Positions 19,960-31,297 of a stretch of 64,000 bases of DNA are shown here, in pieces. The stretch spans positions 1 through 64,000 of IMG/VR virus record IMGVR_UViG_3300042295_001683, one strand, 5' to 3'. The notes under the pieces were generated by a model that was not told the origin of the DNA, made no database searches, and saw nothing but the letters and a program-made list of their open reading frames with translations. Both the position numbers and the translations under genes were made by a program. Numbering within the stretch: position 1 is the stretch's first letter; each line of letters opens with the position of its first letter. The stretch comes from a virus (Duplodnaviria; Caudoviricetes).

Positions 19960-20382
19960 ATGTATATACAGAAAGCAATAACACAGGAAAAAGCAATGAC
20001 TACAGCAGCACAACTCGCACCAATCAAAAACGCAATCGCATTAGAGTTGCAAGACTTGAGAGAAAACCACGAATATGAGAAAACCCAATGCCAATCGGCG
20101 ATCGCTAAAGGCGACTTTGTAAGAGCTTCACGCTCTATGCATGAGTGCATGATTTGGGAATACAATCAAAATTTTGCCAATCAATTCAATCTCGATAAAA
20201 TCGAATGTGCCGCAAAATTTACTAATGAGATTCAAACCGTTATGGGTTCTCTCATGGCTAACATCCTTTGCACAGTATCGAATCCACGCGCCGCCGATCT
20301 TGCTTTGCAAGACGCTCAAAAGGAGCAATACAAGTTTTTGGTTAAGGTGCAAAAGATGATCGCTCGTAGAGAGGCTGCTTAA
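19960..20382 (+). CDS. Hypothetical protein
   Basis: Divergent ORF after TTGACT and the near-palindrome ACTATCCCT-CAAA-AGGGTAGT (~19938-19958). Confidence 0.6.
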   Translation: MYIQKAITQEKAMTTAAQLAPIKNAIALELQDLRENHEYEKTQCQSAIAKGDFVRASRSMHECMIWEYNQNFANQFNLDKIECAAKFTNEIQTVMGSLMANILCTVSNPRAADLALQDAQKEQYKFLVKVQKMIARREAA

Positions 20383-21478
20383 CCCATGACAGAAATCCAA
20401 TATTGCGAAAAATACTGGATTTCTCGCAATATCGCAATAGCGAGTATTCCAGTATTTCATTATGGCAATAAGGTAAGCCGAAAATACCTATTTGTGATTG
20501 AATCGCAACCAATTGTAGGAATGACTGAGGTTTATTGTGAAAATAATTGAACTAGCCAAAACCGTTTTAAAAGAAAAGGCTGAGCTAGCAGCACTCAGGC
20601 AAACGATCGCAGATTTGCAAGAGCAAGAAAATAGATTACGCAATGAAATCGCAAGCCTTGATCGTCAATTCTCTCAAGAGTTTGGTCGCCTAGCCGACAT
20701 TGCTGATGAGAAATCTATAGACCATTCTGTAGTTGTAGAAATTGATCAGCAAGTTTACACAATTCGATATAAAGAGTTTAAAGGGCTTGTTATATCAGCT
20801 AATCAAATCTTAAAAGAGGAAGAATAAACAATCATGAAACCCGTAAACCACTACGCATCAACCACGCCGATCCCTGATTGGCTTGAGGCTGAGATTTTAG
20901 AACTATCAAAAGATGTTGATGAGATCGCCTTATTAGTGACCGACTTAGGGGGATCGTTATGGCTTCTTAGTTGGTTGAGTCATCCATCAGCAAAAATATC
21001 TGAACAAGCTAACGAATGGCTTAAAACACAATCACGCGACACATTCAAAGCGCTACTCCAATGGGTAGCGATGGAGTTGATTTAGGCATGAAGATTTTAG
21101 TATTCGCGGCTTACAAAGTAAACAAACAAGGAATTTCAGCACAAGGATCATGCGGCTTTGACATAGATATAGCCCATCCTTCAGAATTCGCAGAAGCGCT
21201 AGCAGAAGCTGAGAACAGGATTAAAACTCGCACCAAATCAGATTCAGTAACGTTCTTAAATCTGACAATGCAAGAATGGAAAGAACCATGACTACCGCAC
21301 AACAAATCACCATCTGTCAAACCCCTGAAGGGTATCTGCACACAGGCTACAGCGAGGATTACATCAAGCGTAATCCGCAATCATTCTGTAAGGTTTGTAA
21401 GCGATGGCAATTTAAGAGGCGGCGGTGTAAGTTATTTGTTGAGGGTAAACAAGATTAATTAATAAAGGAGTAAACATA

Positions 21479-21937
21479 ATGGGTCGTGAAGTTCGTAGAG
21501 TTCCCCCTGATTGGGATCATTGGAGTTATTCGGATCAGCCATTGTTTGACTGCTATAACAAGGCATTGGCGCGATGGGTTGAACATAACGATAAATGGAA
21601 TCAAGGATTTGAGCTTAATTACACTACTAAGCAATGGGAACCTATCGCAGACAAATACAAGAATATTTCATACAGTGAATATGATGGCGATTGCCCTGAT
21701 CCTAATGACTATATGCCAGATTGGGAAAATTCAGAGCGTACACATTACCAAGCTTATGAGAATACAACTGAAGGTACTCCTATATCTCCAGTGATGGCTA
21801 CTGAAGATGATTTGATTGATTGGCTTGTAGATAACAAAGCTTCTGCTTTTGGAGATATGACTGGCGATCGTGATTTTTGGACATCCGTAGTTAAGCAAAA
21901 TAGTGGCGGCTTGATTACAATTACTAAATTAAAGTAA
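21479..21937 (+). CDS. Phage hypothetical protein
   Basis: AAGGAG RBS; MGREVRRVP, YQAYENTTEGTPISPV. Confidence 0.7.
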   Translation: MGREVRRVPPDWDHWSYSDQPLFDCYNKALARWVEHNDKWNQGFELNYTTKQWEPIADKYKNISYSEYDGDCPDPNDYMPDWENSERTHYQAYENTTEGTPISPVMATEDDLIDWLVDNKASAFGDMTGDRDFWTSVVKQNSGGLITITKLK

Positions 21938-21942
21938 CCAAC

Positions 21943-21987
21943 AGCAAAAAGAGAGAGCGATCATTGAGATCACTCTCTCTTTTTGCT
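21943..21987. terminator. Bidirectional intrinsic terminator
   Basis: AGCAAAAAGAGAGAG...CTCTCTCTTTTTGCT between convergent genes. Confidence 0.75.
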
Positions 21988-22077
21988 TACTTATAAGGCT
22001 TAGGCTTTGGCTTACCTTTGGGCTTAGGTTTCATTTTCATGGCAGTGGTTTTGTGGCTTTACACTTTTATTATTGCA

Positions 22078-22757
22078 GATTGTCCTCAAGATTTAATTTA
22101 ATAGATCATCTCTGACAAGGCGATCGTAAAACTGTTGATGGGATTCTCTGGGAAGTGGTGTTAAGTTCATGCCTTCACAAAGTTAAATATTCAGTGCTAG
22201 GCAAACTGTCCAAATCGACAGTAAATTTTTCTTTAAACCAATTTGGAAAACCTTTAGGATAAGCTCGTTTTAAATCTCCAACAGTAAAGCCTAAAACACC
22301 GCCGACCCAAGGTTCTGTTACCACATCAAAGGCAACGTGCAAACAACAAGAAAAAGCATTGCTTACCCTATCTGCTATCTCAAAGCGCAAATTATCGTAA
22401 GCCTCTAGTTCCTCTTCGGTACAGTCTTCTGACTGGCTCCTTGTATCAACAAAGCGATCTAACTTTGCTCGTTCAAGCCTATTACCCATTAAATGAGCAT
22501 AATCCACGACCTCAGTGGAATACTCAGAGATAAGGTCGTAGACATCCTCTAGGTTATTCCATTTGGGGTAATCGGTCGCATATTTAAAGAAAGTGTGCAG
22601 TTGATTAACCGTCCAGCCGTAGTAGCGATCATGTTTAAAACTAGCCTTAGCCAAGCAAAAAGCGAGGTCTTTTAATCGTTTGAGTTGTAGTTCTGTCATG
22701 GTTTTCTCCGATGTGGTCTGGGGTGATTGTCCTCAAGATTTAATTTAATAGATCATC
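22078..22757. repeat. Perfect 33-bp direct repeats flanking a 174-aa gene
   Basis: GATTGTCCTCAAGATTTAATTTAATAGATCATC at 22078-22110 and 22725-22757. Confidence 0.9.
22175..22699 (-). CDS. Hypothetical protein in a repeat-flanked cassette
   Basis: 174-aa ORF with GGAGA RBS. Confidence 0.65.
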   Translation of the reverse strand: MTELQLKRLKDLAFCLAKASFKHDRYYGWTVNQLHTFFKYATDYPKWNNLEDVYDLISEYSTEVVDYAHLMGNRLERAKLDRFVDTRSQSEDCTEEELEAYDNLRFEIADRVSNAFSCCLHVAFDVVTEPWVGGVLGFTVGDLKRAYPKGFPNWFKEKFTVDLDSLPSTEYLTL

Positions 22758-22916
22758 ACTCAATTCTAGTATTAGTAACAACGATCGCCGCTAGCTCGCG
22801 GTTGATTTTGCTGCGTAGTTCAATCAATTGAGCGCGTAACGCTCTTTCGTCTAAACCCTTGTTTTGGGCGGCGTATTTCATTTCGTCAGTCAATGCGTAT
22901 ATGCGGGTTAAATCGA

Positions 22917-23132
22917 TCATTTTGCTAACCTCTGGAAATAGTGGCAAGTGTATCTGTTACCAGTCTTAATCACAACGTTACCGCCCTTTTTGCGACATAG
23001 CCTAGAAGCCTCTTGATTGCTTCTAGCTGTGATTGTGCCAAGGTCTGAGAAGCCATTACCAACGGTGCGGTTAACTTGAGCAATAGCAGGGGTGGAGATA
23101 GAAAGCAATGCGAGGATTAGTAGATATTTCAT
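22917..23132 (-). CDS. Small secreted protein
   Basis: Signal peptide MKYLLILALLSISTPAIA; two Cys. Confidence 0.6.
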   Translation of the reverse strand: MKYLLILALLSISTPAIAQVNRTVGNGFSDLGTITARSNQEASRLCRKKGGNVVIKTGNRYTCHYFQRLAK

Positions 23133-23203
23133 GGTTTAATATTTGGTAGAAATGCAGTTTTTCGGGTTTCAGCGATCGCTTGTCATGGGGCGATCGCTGA
23201 TTT

Positions 23204-24090
23204 TTATTGGAGCAATGACGCTAAATATTTAACTCTAAGCAATGGCACAACAGCGCACTGAGGGACGATCGCATTACCTAATGCTGAAAGTCTGTCCAGC
23301 CTATTGGGAAGCCCTGCATCCACTCCACAAACTGGGGGCTCAATACTTGCCCAGTGGCTAAGCCTAGAATGTGATCCAATGTTGGCTGATTTCGCAATGC
23401 TTCGCTCGGCGCTCCTGTCTCCTTGGCTAGATGTGCTGTTGGTGTCGGTAATAGCTTTTGCAATGCAGTTACTAGACCGTCTCCGCTTGTTTTGCTTGAC
23501 CCCTTGCGGTTGTGGTTCCCGCAAACTGAAGGGGTAGGTAGAAGCAATCGCAACTTGACATCTAATTTGGTCTGCCCAGGTCGATGGCTCTTTTGAAAAC
23601 TGTAAGCCTGTGGGGTAGGCAATGAGAAATATTCGCTCTCTAAGGTGTGGCGCTCCAAGGGCGGCTGCGCTGATAACTTGCCATTCCGCATCATACCCGC
23701 TTTCGGAAAGGCTCCTGAGAACTTCTCTAAATCCGTTGCGAAAAGCTCCTGCGACGTTTTCCCAAATAAGGAAAGTTGCTCTACTCTCTTTGTAGATTCG
23801 TAATTGTTCAAACCATAGACTTGACCTTTTGCCCTCGATAATGCCCTTCTGAACTCCTGCGATAGAAAGATCTTGGCAAGGCGATCCCCCGACAACAAGA
23901 TCGCAGTATGACGTAGGTTTATAGGTTGTGACATCATCATAAATTGGTGTATTTGGAAAGTTTTTCTTTAATACTTTTTGACAGAACGGATTAATTTCTA
24001 CTGAGACGATCGTCTCAATTCCTCCAACCCAATCGCTGGCTAGTCTAAAGCCGCCTATTCCTGCAAATAGCTCGATCATTTTGAGTTTCA
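23204..24090 (-). CDS. DNA (cytosine-5) methyltransferase, large subunit
   Basis: ELFAGIGG (I), GGSPCQDLS (IV), WENV (VI), HLRERIF (VIII), LGNAIVP (X); start approximate. Confidence 0.92.
23278..23940 (-). CDS. Nested alternative-frame C5-methyltransferase small subunit (motif IX)
   Basis: 220-codon ORF inside the MTase gene with repeated LPTP and C-terminal LSPQFVEWMQGFPIGWTD. Confidence 0.65.
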   Translation of the reverse strand: MMMSQPINLRHTAILLSGDRLAKIFLSQEFRRALSRAKGQVYGLNNYESTKRVEQLSLFGKTSQELFATDLEKFSGAFPKAGMMRNGKLSAQPPLERHTLESEYFSLPTPQAYSFQKSHRPGQTKLDVKLRLLLPTPSVCGNHNRKGSSKTSGDGLVTALQKLLPTPTAHLAKETGAPSEALRNQPTLDHILGLATGQVLSPQFVEWMQGFPIGWTDFQH

Positions 24091-24859
24091 TTGCACTAGC
24101 TCCACTAACTCGCAATCATAAGCAAAAATATTTTCAGCAATCTCACCCTGCGATGATCCGCCTTTAGTAAGGAAATCAAAACAACGCTCTGATGCGATCG
24201 CTGGTTCTGGCAATGCATAAACTTTGTTGCCGATATATGCAAAATGTTGAGTGACGTGGGTATCGGTATATCCCATCTCTCGCAGGGCAAGAGCTAATGG
24301 TGACTTACTAGGATACTTTGCGACGGCGATGTGCGCGGCGGTTACAGATACTTTGATTGTACTTAGCATCGCTTCAACCTCTTGACTACTTCCTTTTTGT
24401 ACTGCTCTTTCTTCTCTTCCTTCACCCGCTTAGCTTTAGTCACGGGATGAGCTAGCTCTGATTCAAGAAAATCAGCTAGTTCGGCGGGGTTACCTTGTTC
24501 GTCTACGATCGCATAATCGTAATCAGGATTGTCGGTCTGATGGCGTTCCATCATAAGACGCAATACATCAAGTCGGGCGGTGTACTTGGTTACATCTTCA
24601 TCTTTGCGGATGGTGCGGATGAGTTTAAATTTCTTATCGCTCATCTGCTTCTTTTGCCAATAGCGTTTCTTTTGCCAATAGTGTAGCCAAGGGTAAAACA
24701 AGAAATACATAAAGACGCTAGACAACAAATCACAGTAAAAATAGATACTCCGATCATAATTAACTCCTCGCAACCGCAATCTTAATAGTGAGGTATAGAA
24801 CTTGTTGTAGTAGTTCTTGCATAATGTTTAGGCGGCATTGCGCCGCCTGTGAGTGTGGG

Positions 24860-25768
24860 TTAGAAATCGTCAGCGTCTATGCGGCTTTGTTCTTCTGGAG
24901 TAGGATCTGATTCATCCAACTCATGTGCAGACTTTACGGGTTGAGGGGCAACTTCCTGATTAAACTTCTTAGTCAAATCACCCAAAATATTAGTGATGAT
25001 TGAGAGCTGATCTTGACTTGGCTCGTACTTGCTAGAGCTTTTCGCAACCCATGCTATAAGCTTTTCCAGATCCTCAATGGTTGCGCACTTATTTACGCCC
25101 TTTTCAAAGATTGCCCATAGCTTTTCATCCCATCCCGTTGCGATTTCTGGCTTTGGAATGCTGACTGGTTGAGTCTGTGGACTGACATTGCTAGCTTGAT
25201 CCATCTCTTCAGATGCATAAAGCCCAGCGGTTTGCTCTGGAAATGCTTTGCGAAGTGCTAAAGCCTCGGAACATTTACCGATCATGATGTCGGGCATTTT
25301 CTCCCATAGTCCTGAAAGCTTGCCTTTAAAGTCTTGTTTGTAAGCATCAAAACGAGCGACGGCTGTGAATGGTTGCCCACAACCTTTACGATATACAACA
25401 GTTTTAGCAGCGCTTGGCGGTGTTGATTTTAACCACACTTCCAACCATTTACCATCTTCTCCACACCAAAAAGTTGTAGAGCCGTCATAGTATCCAGAAT
25501 TAGCAGCGCGTTTGCGAAGTCCATCAATCGATACTTGGATCGACATTTTTGGCTCTTTGCGCTGTGTCTCTGGGTTCCAAGTCTCCCTAGAGATTGCGTA
25601 AATCTCACGGGTGAAAGGGCTTAAATTAGTCTGTTTGCAAACTTCAATGAAATAATCAAGTTCTGTGTCAGAGCATTTAGGCGCAATCTGTTGCTTGAGA
25701 ACTTTCAACTGCTCAGGATTGAAATGCTGAGTGATGCTTGATTGAGATGTAGTTGTGATAGCTGACAT
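24860..25768 (-). CDS. bet: Phage recombination protein Bet (single-strand annealing)
   Basis: LSPFTREIY, QVSIDGLRKRA, WEKMPDIMIGKCSEALALRKAFP, GLYASEEM. Confidence 0.92.
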   Translation of the reverse strand: MSAITTTSQSSITQHFNPEQLKVLKQQIAPKCSDTELDYFIEVCKQTNLSPFTREIYAISRETWNPETQRKEPKMSIQVSIDGLRKRAANSGYYDGSTTFWCGEDGKWLEVWLKSTPPSAAKTVVYRKGCGQPFTAVARFDAYKQDFKGKLSGLWEKMPDIMIGKCSEALALRKAFPEQTAGLYASEEMDQASNVSPQTQPVSIPKPEIATGWDEKLWAIFEKGVNKCATIEDLEKLIAWVAKSSSKYEPSQDQLSIITNILGDLTKKFNQEVAPQPVKSAHELDESDPTPEEQSRIDADDF

Positions 25769-26345
25769 TTGTTTTACCTGTGCGGATTAATGTTAATAGC
25801 GATCGCCCAAATAACAGGCGACAAGAATGCAACGCATAGCCAGTATGTTAGTTGCTGGTGGAGATAGTCGTATGGGGTCATACCACCTCCGCAAAATCAG
25901 TTAGCTCGGCATAAGCCTGATCCGCGATTGCCTCTGATTCTTGCAACCGCATCAAAGCGATTTTGCATGACAAGTAAGCGAGAAAACCTGTCTGATCTTC
26001 TGGCTCCCAAAATTTAAATACAAGCCAATGGCTAAAATCAATTAGATCAGGTTTCATCTCATCATGATTACCGTATAAGTAGAGCGCTTGCAAATCTACG
26101 GAGATTTCTTCTAACTGCTCTCTAGAGTATTTTTTGAAAATGTTAGCTAGACTTCCCTCAAATTCAAACTCGTTTACTGTCTTTTGAAGTGAATCGATAA
26201 TTTGTTGACGCATTTTAAAAATCATCCTCGTAGTTAGGGTTTGGTGTAGCCATCGGATAGGCGGCGATCATCATCAGATATAGCGGGGCAAAGCGCCAAG
26301 TTAGGCGATCGCAATATTCGATATATTCTTGCTCTTCGTAGTTGC

Positions 26346-26711
26346 TCATACTCCTAATAGCTCCCTAGCAACGATCGCGTCAGCAACAATGTCAGCGATG
26401 CTCATCTCATCCAACTCCGATTGTTTCTTTTGAGCATGGATTTGTTCGCAGTAGAGTTGCACGTCTTTGTAACAAAGCAACTTGTAGGGATTGGTACTAA
26501 TCATTACATTGCCATCCATCAGCACCAATCTGGGTTTGCTACCTAGAAGCTCTAACCCATATTCTTTAGCAATGCTTTCGGCTGTAGCGCGTGAGATGTC
26601 TTTTGTCTCTTTGCGCGTTGCTTTTACCATTGCGTGTGCATCTTGTGCGCTGATCGTAGATGTGTTGCGGCGGCGATCGTAACCGCCAATGATTTGAAAT
26701 GTGTCTGACAT
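26346..26711 (-). CDS. Hypothetical protein, first gene of a leftward operon
   Basis: 121-aa ORF divergent from an HTH gene. Confidence 0.6.
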   Translation of the reverse strand: MSDTFQIIGGYDRRRNTSTISAQDAHAMVKATRKETKDISRATAESIAKEYGLELLGSKPRLVLMDGNVMISTNPYKLLCYKDVQLYCEQIHAQKKQSELDEMSIADIVADAIVARELLGV

Positions 26712-26863
26712 GATGCGTTACCTTTGCTTGCTTGTGTTTTACCTGTATGTGAAACAGTATTACATAGTATTTCCTAAAATGCAATACTTTTTTTGATTAA
26801 ATATTCTATTGACTTGTAAAAATATTTATGCTTTACTAAGGATCGAATTACATAGAGGCGCTT

Positions 26864-27064
26864 ATGGCTTTATCAAAAATTTCAGAGCTTAGGCAAAGAA
26901 AAGGATTGACTCAAAAAGCTTTAGCTGACGAGTTAGGAATGACTGTCGCTGGTTTCCAAAATTGGGAGAAAGGTAAAAACAATAAGAAGTCTATTGAACG
27001 CTTTGCAAAATTATGCAAAGCATTAGGATGTAAACCTGAAGATTTAGTAGAGGTAGATTCATGA
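26864..27064 (+). CDS. Cro/C1-type HTH regulator
   Basis: LRQRKGLTQKALADELGMT...NWEKG...LCKALGC. Confidence 0.9.
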   Translation: MALSKISELRQRKGLTQKALADELGMTVAGFQNWEKGKNNKKSIERFAKLCKALGCKPEDLVEVDS

Positions 27065-27828
27065 GTGAAATTACAGTACAGAATGATTCTCCATTTGATG
27101 CGATCCGCCGCTTTGATGAAAGTGGAAAAGAATATTGGATTGCTAGAGAGTTGATGAAGCTTTTGGGTTATACCAAATGGGAGAGGTTTGGGACTAAAGA
27201 AACCCAGTCTAACCGTACATCGGTAATTAAAAAAGCAATCGCAGCTTGTCATAATGCAGGGTTTAACTCTGAAGAGCATTTTAACCATTTCCCCACATGG
27301 GGAAACACCCGTGAAGACTGGTTTCTAACTCGTTACGCTTGCTATTTAATTGCTCAGAATGGTGATCCTGAAAAGCAAGAAATTGCTATGGCGCAAAGCT
27401 ATTTTGCAACTAAAACCCGTGAAGCTGAAATTGCAGAAATCAAGATCGAACCATCAATAAAGGCATTGCCAACTCGCGACGCGATTGATTACATTGAAGC
27501 TGCTGACAAGTTGGCTAAACTTCCAGATAGTCGCCTTACTCGATTACTATCTCAGATGTTTGTATCTGAAGTTGCTTTAATCAGCGCTAATCAGCGTCAA
27601 ATAGCACCTGCAACAGAAGTCCAAAAGCAATACACTACAGCAACTGTAAGAGCTTCTCAACTTGGCTACACCGCTAAACAGATTGGCAATGGGACATCAT
27701 TGGGTAAATTCGTAAAGGCTGTGATAGAGCCTGACTTTGTGGACTGGCAAGGGCAATATAAGGTTAATCACTTTGAAGTGAATGAAGTGCTTGACGCTCG
27801 TATCCACTTATTCTTTGCGAGAGGTTAA
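27061..27828 (+). CDS. DinD/BRO-like antirepressor
   Basis: SPFDAIR, EYWIARELMKLLGY, LTRYACYLIAQNGDP, AQSYFA. Confidence 0.85.
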   Translation: MSEITVQNDSPFDAIRRFDESGKEYWIARELMKLLGYTKWERFGTKETQSNRTSVIKKAIAACHNAGFNSEEHFNHFPTWGNTREDWFLTRYACYLIAQNGDPEKQEIAMAQSYFATKTREAEIAEIKIEPSIKALPTRDAIDYIEAADKLAKLPDSRLTRLLSQMFVSEVALISANQRQIAPATEVQKQYTTATVRASQLGYTAKQIGNGTSLGKFVKAVIEPDFVDWQGQYKVNHFEVNEVLDARIHLFFARG

Positions 27829-27832
27829 CAAC

Positions 27833-28270
27833 ATGCACCCCGTAGAAAACCTTACGATCCTATACCGCGCCCGTGGTTTCTGGCACACACCCGAACTCAA
27901 CCAAGCGATCGAGAAAATCATTAATCACTTTGGAGATCGCGCATCTATTCCCCCTGAATTTATTGCTGAGTTCATGAGTGGAATTAAGCGTCATGGCTTG
28001 CCAAGTGGCGAGGGTTGGAATGTTTGGTATGAACCATGTCCAGTTGTTAAAACTACTGCAATGGAAGTAGTTGTTACATCACAGGATCTATCGCCAGAAA
28101 TCCTAGAAATATTCCCAGACTTCTACAAGGGCGGTAAATTCCACATCAACAAAGCTAAGCTACAGCGCGACGGCAGGGCTTATCACTCGCGGCATGGTGA
28201 GTATTTTTATATTGATGCGCCTGATAGCGCGATCGCATTGGTGGAAAGTAAAGAATTATTGGAGGTTTGA
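27833..28270 (+). CDS. Hypothetical protein
   Basis: GAGG RBS before MHPV. Confidence 0.55.
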   Translation: MHPVENLTILYRARGFWHTPELNQAIEKIINHFGDRASIPPEFIAEFMSGIKRHGLPSGEGWNVWYEPCPVVKTTAMEVVVTSQDLSPEILEIFPDFYKGGKFHINKAKLQRDGRAYHSRHGEYFYIDAPDSAIALVESKELLEV

Positions 28271-29064
28271 TTATGGTTAAAGAGTGTAAAGCCATCGATT
28301 TTCCCGTAGGAGCTTATTACCTTAATGGTGATGACAAGCCCTTGGAAGTAATCAAAAAAAGTGTAAGCAGAGAGCGTGTACTAGGATCTAATCAAGTAGA
28401 TTATTTTGTGTTACTGAACACTGCACAGTCTAGACCAAATGGGGAAGACTATCTGTATTTTGGTGCTGACTGCATTCTTCAGTTTCAGGAGGCTATCTCA
28501 TGACCCAACAAATCAAGATCGCTTACCTACTCCAGCGATTTATCTCAGATCGCAACGAGTGGAAAACACTACGCTCCAACAAAAAAGAATCTGATGCAAT
28601 CAAATTATTGAAGCGGATGCGGTTGAGACATCCTGAATTACAGTATCGGGTTGCGATTGAAGAAGAGACTACTACGATTGCGGTTGTAAAGGTTGTTAGA
28701 GGTATTGAATTATGATTTACGAATTAAGTCGCAATTACGATCGCGCATGGAAATTGATACAGCAAGGCGAAAAGCTTGCGTGTTGGGTTGATTACGATTC
28801 ACTTTTTAGAGATATTGCTCAGGCTTACAAATGGTTTGGAGCGACAATGATTGTAGCGAGAGGGACTCAGTATGTTTATTTGTTTGAAGAGCAAAATAAT
28901 TTTGATGATTTTGCCAAGCGTTGCACAGAGCTTAATGCTGAATTTTATCTACCACTTGCTGACAATATGATCGTGATTTCTGAGGAGCGTTTAACAGAAA
29001 TAACCTCAAAAGTCATTGACAGGAATTTTGAAAATTTAAAAAAATATCGTAAGGGAGAAGCATC

Positions 29065-29652
29065 ATGAAAACACCGCCGCTAGGCATGACTGAAGCTAAC
29101 TTCTGCGCGATAGTTGATCCGCGATCGCCTAATCCTAAGACTGAAACGCGGCGATTATCTAATGGTAGTGATAAGCCTAAGTATAATGTGGGCGATCGCT
29201 GCTACCTAACAGAGCCAACGCAAAATCTAGCTGGCGCTGATTACACAAACAAAAAACTGCATATTCAGTATTTTTGGCATAGTCCAGAATCTAAGTGGGT
29301 AACTCCTACTGAGCAAGATTTGATAAAAATCAACAACCGCAAAACTGGCTTATACTCAAAACAAAACGCCCGTTTCATGCTGAAGTCCTTTGCCCGTTAC
29401 TGGGTTGAGATTGTTGATGTGAAGTTAGAGCGATTGCTTGATATCACGGCTGAGGCGGCGATCGCTGAAGGGATTGAGTATGACGATTACTGGGATCGTT
29501 ATTGGGATTACATGGCAGAAGATTACTCTTTTAAGTCTCCCATTGATTCTTATATCTCAGAGATCGAGATGCTGCATGGCAAGGCGATCGCTAATTCAAA
29601 CCCTTGGCTATGGGTTTATAAATTTAAGCTTATAGGTAACAACAATGAGTGA
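29065..29652 (+). CDS. ASCH/PUA-like phage protein
   Basis: KTETRR, YNVGDRCYLTE, ARFM, ERLLDITAEAAIAEG, NPWLWVYKF. Confidence 0.75.
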   Translation: MKTPPLGMTEANFCAIVDPRSPNPKTETRRLSNGSDKPKYNVGDRCYLTEPTQNLAGADYTNKKLHIQYFWHSPESKWVTPTEQDLIKINNRKTGLYSKQNARFMLKSFARYWVEIVDVKLERLLDITAEAAIAEGIEYDDYWDRYWDYMAEDYSFKSPIDSYISEIEMLHGKAIANSNPWLWVYKFKLIGNNNE

Positions 29653-30013
29653 ATTAGAACAGATTGAAGACATGATTTTAGAATGCAATGAAGAGTGTGG
29701 TAATTATTACCAGATTCAAGAACTGCAAGAAGAGGCTGAAAACATTAGAAATGAGCTTGAATCAACTAAAACCTACAGCGAATTACTAGCAGAAATACAG
29801 CCTCAAGTCATCACCAATGATGCAGAAAATGACGCAAACCTAGCGCACATTGAGAGGCTATGGAGCATTAAAAACCGCACACCAGAAGAAGAAAAGCTGT
29901 TTGATTTACTGCTTTTGCTTTCAGAGCAATTTGAAGAAAAGGCTTATCCGATGAAATCACCTTGGTATGCGGGGCTTTGGTATCGGATTCAAGCTTTTAT
30001 TTTTAGGTGGTAA
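29645..30013 (+). CDS. HigA-like antitoxin N-terminal domain without HTH
   Basis: YSELLAEIQPQVITNDAEND...RTPEEEKLFDLLLLLSEQFEEKAYPM resembles the N-terminus of cyanobacterial HigA. Confidence 0.6.
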   Translation: MSELEQIEDMILECNEECGNYYQIQELQEEAENIRNELESTKTYSELLAEIQPQVITNDAENDANLAHIERLWSIKNRTPEEEKLFDLLLLLSEQFEEKAYPMKSPWYAGLWYRIQAFIFRW

Positions 30014-30172
30014 TTATGGCTAGAAAATCAGCACCCAAAAAAGAACTGACGGTTGAGGCAACGCCGATCATTGAGCGATACCGATCGCGCCACACTTGGG
30101 CGGAGTTCGTTGCGCTGTATGTTCCTGCGGATGCGGATAAGTACCCGACGATGCATAGGGAGTATTTGAGAT

Positions 30173-30215
30173 AAAAAAATGAACTGCTCGAATTATTTGA
30201 GCAGTTCATTTTTTT
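30173..30215. terminator. Bidirectional intrinsic terminator
   Basis: AAAAAAATGAACTGCTC...GAGCAGTTCATTTTTTT. Confidence 0.8.
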
Positions 30216-30950
30216 ATTTGACCGTCATTTGACTACACCCGCAAATATTCGCTTTTAGTCGATTAGCGTTAAAGCACTTTTTTCTATACAGCGCAAAGCT
30301 TTGAGTAATTGCGATGGTTTAAATCAGATTAGCTTTTAAACACTTTTATTTTGCCAATCGTGGCAATCGTTAGGCACATAGAAACTAGCGCTATCCCGTG
30401 GCGGTACTTTGGTGCAGAGCCGCCAGTTATTAAATCGGCAGTTGTGGCAACCTTTCAGCGATCGCACATCATGGGTGTTTTCCAATAGGACGGGGTAAGA
30501 CTCTTGTACTTGATATTCGGTAAGTTGTGGCGACATGTTTTATTTTGTGTTTTAACAGTTATAATTTAAAAGCATTGTTACCTTTGTTTAACCTGTTGCC
30601 TTCTTGATCAAAGGCGGATCGCACTCCCTACAGCGATCCGCCTTTTTTATTTGCTTGTAACAGTTTGTAGGCATTACTCCAATCTGAGTAATGCCTAATA
30701 TCCACAACAGTGGTTATAGGGAAAACAAAGGCATCAGGATAGTCCCCTAGCTCTTTTGCATACTCTAAAGCGATTGTAGCTACTTCGTAGGTAGTGGAAA
30801 AATCAGCATCAGCAATATTGCTTACAGGCGTTTGGTTTTCACTGCCCAAAAACATCCATTGGGATGTTATGGGTGAAGTTTCTATAATTTGTAGGACGAC
30901 CACAAATCTTTCAAGTGTGTAGGAATGTTCTTGATTAGGAGGCATAAGGG

Positions 30951-31226
30951 TTATCCGTATTTTTGCTCACATTCGTAATCGCGATCCGACTCTAATCGCG
31001 CCTCGATATCGTTTACCTTCTGCTCTAATTTTGTGACACGGTTGTTTAGCTTATCCCAGATATGTATAGGCATTTGTAACCGCAAAGACTCATTTATTAA
31101 ATCAATAATAGTGATTCGCTCTTTGCTGCCCTCAGCTTCAAACCTAGCATTACGCGCCGCTACGCATTGAATTAGTGCGCTGTAGATATCATCATCAATT
31201 CTAATATTGCGGGGTTGCCCTGCCAT
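30951..31226 (-). CDS. RHH-like regulator
   Basis: RNIRIDDDIY...TIIDLINESLR plus coiled coil. Confidence 0.55.
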   Translation of the reverse strand: MAGQPRNIRIDDDIYSALIQCVAARNARFEAEGSKERITIIDLINESLRLQMPIHIWDKLNNRVTKLEQKVNDIEARLESDRDYECEQKYG

Positions 31227-31297
31227 AAATTACCACTTAAGAAACAAATATAAATATAGCACTTGACGTTACTCGCTACAGCGCTGTAGTATAAGCC

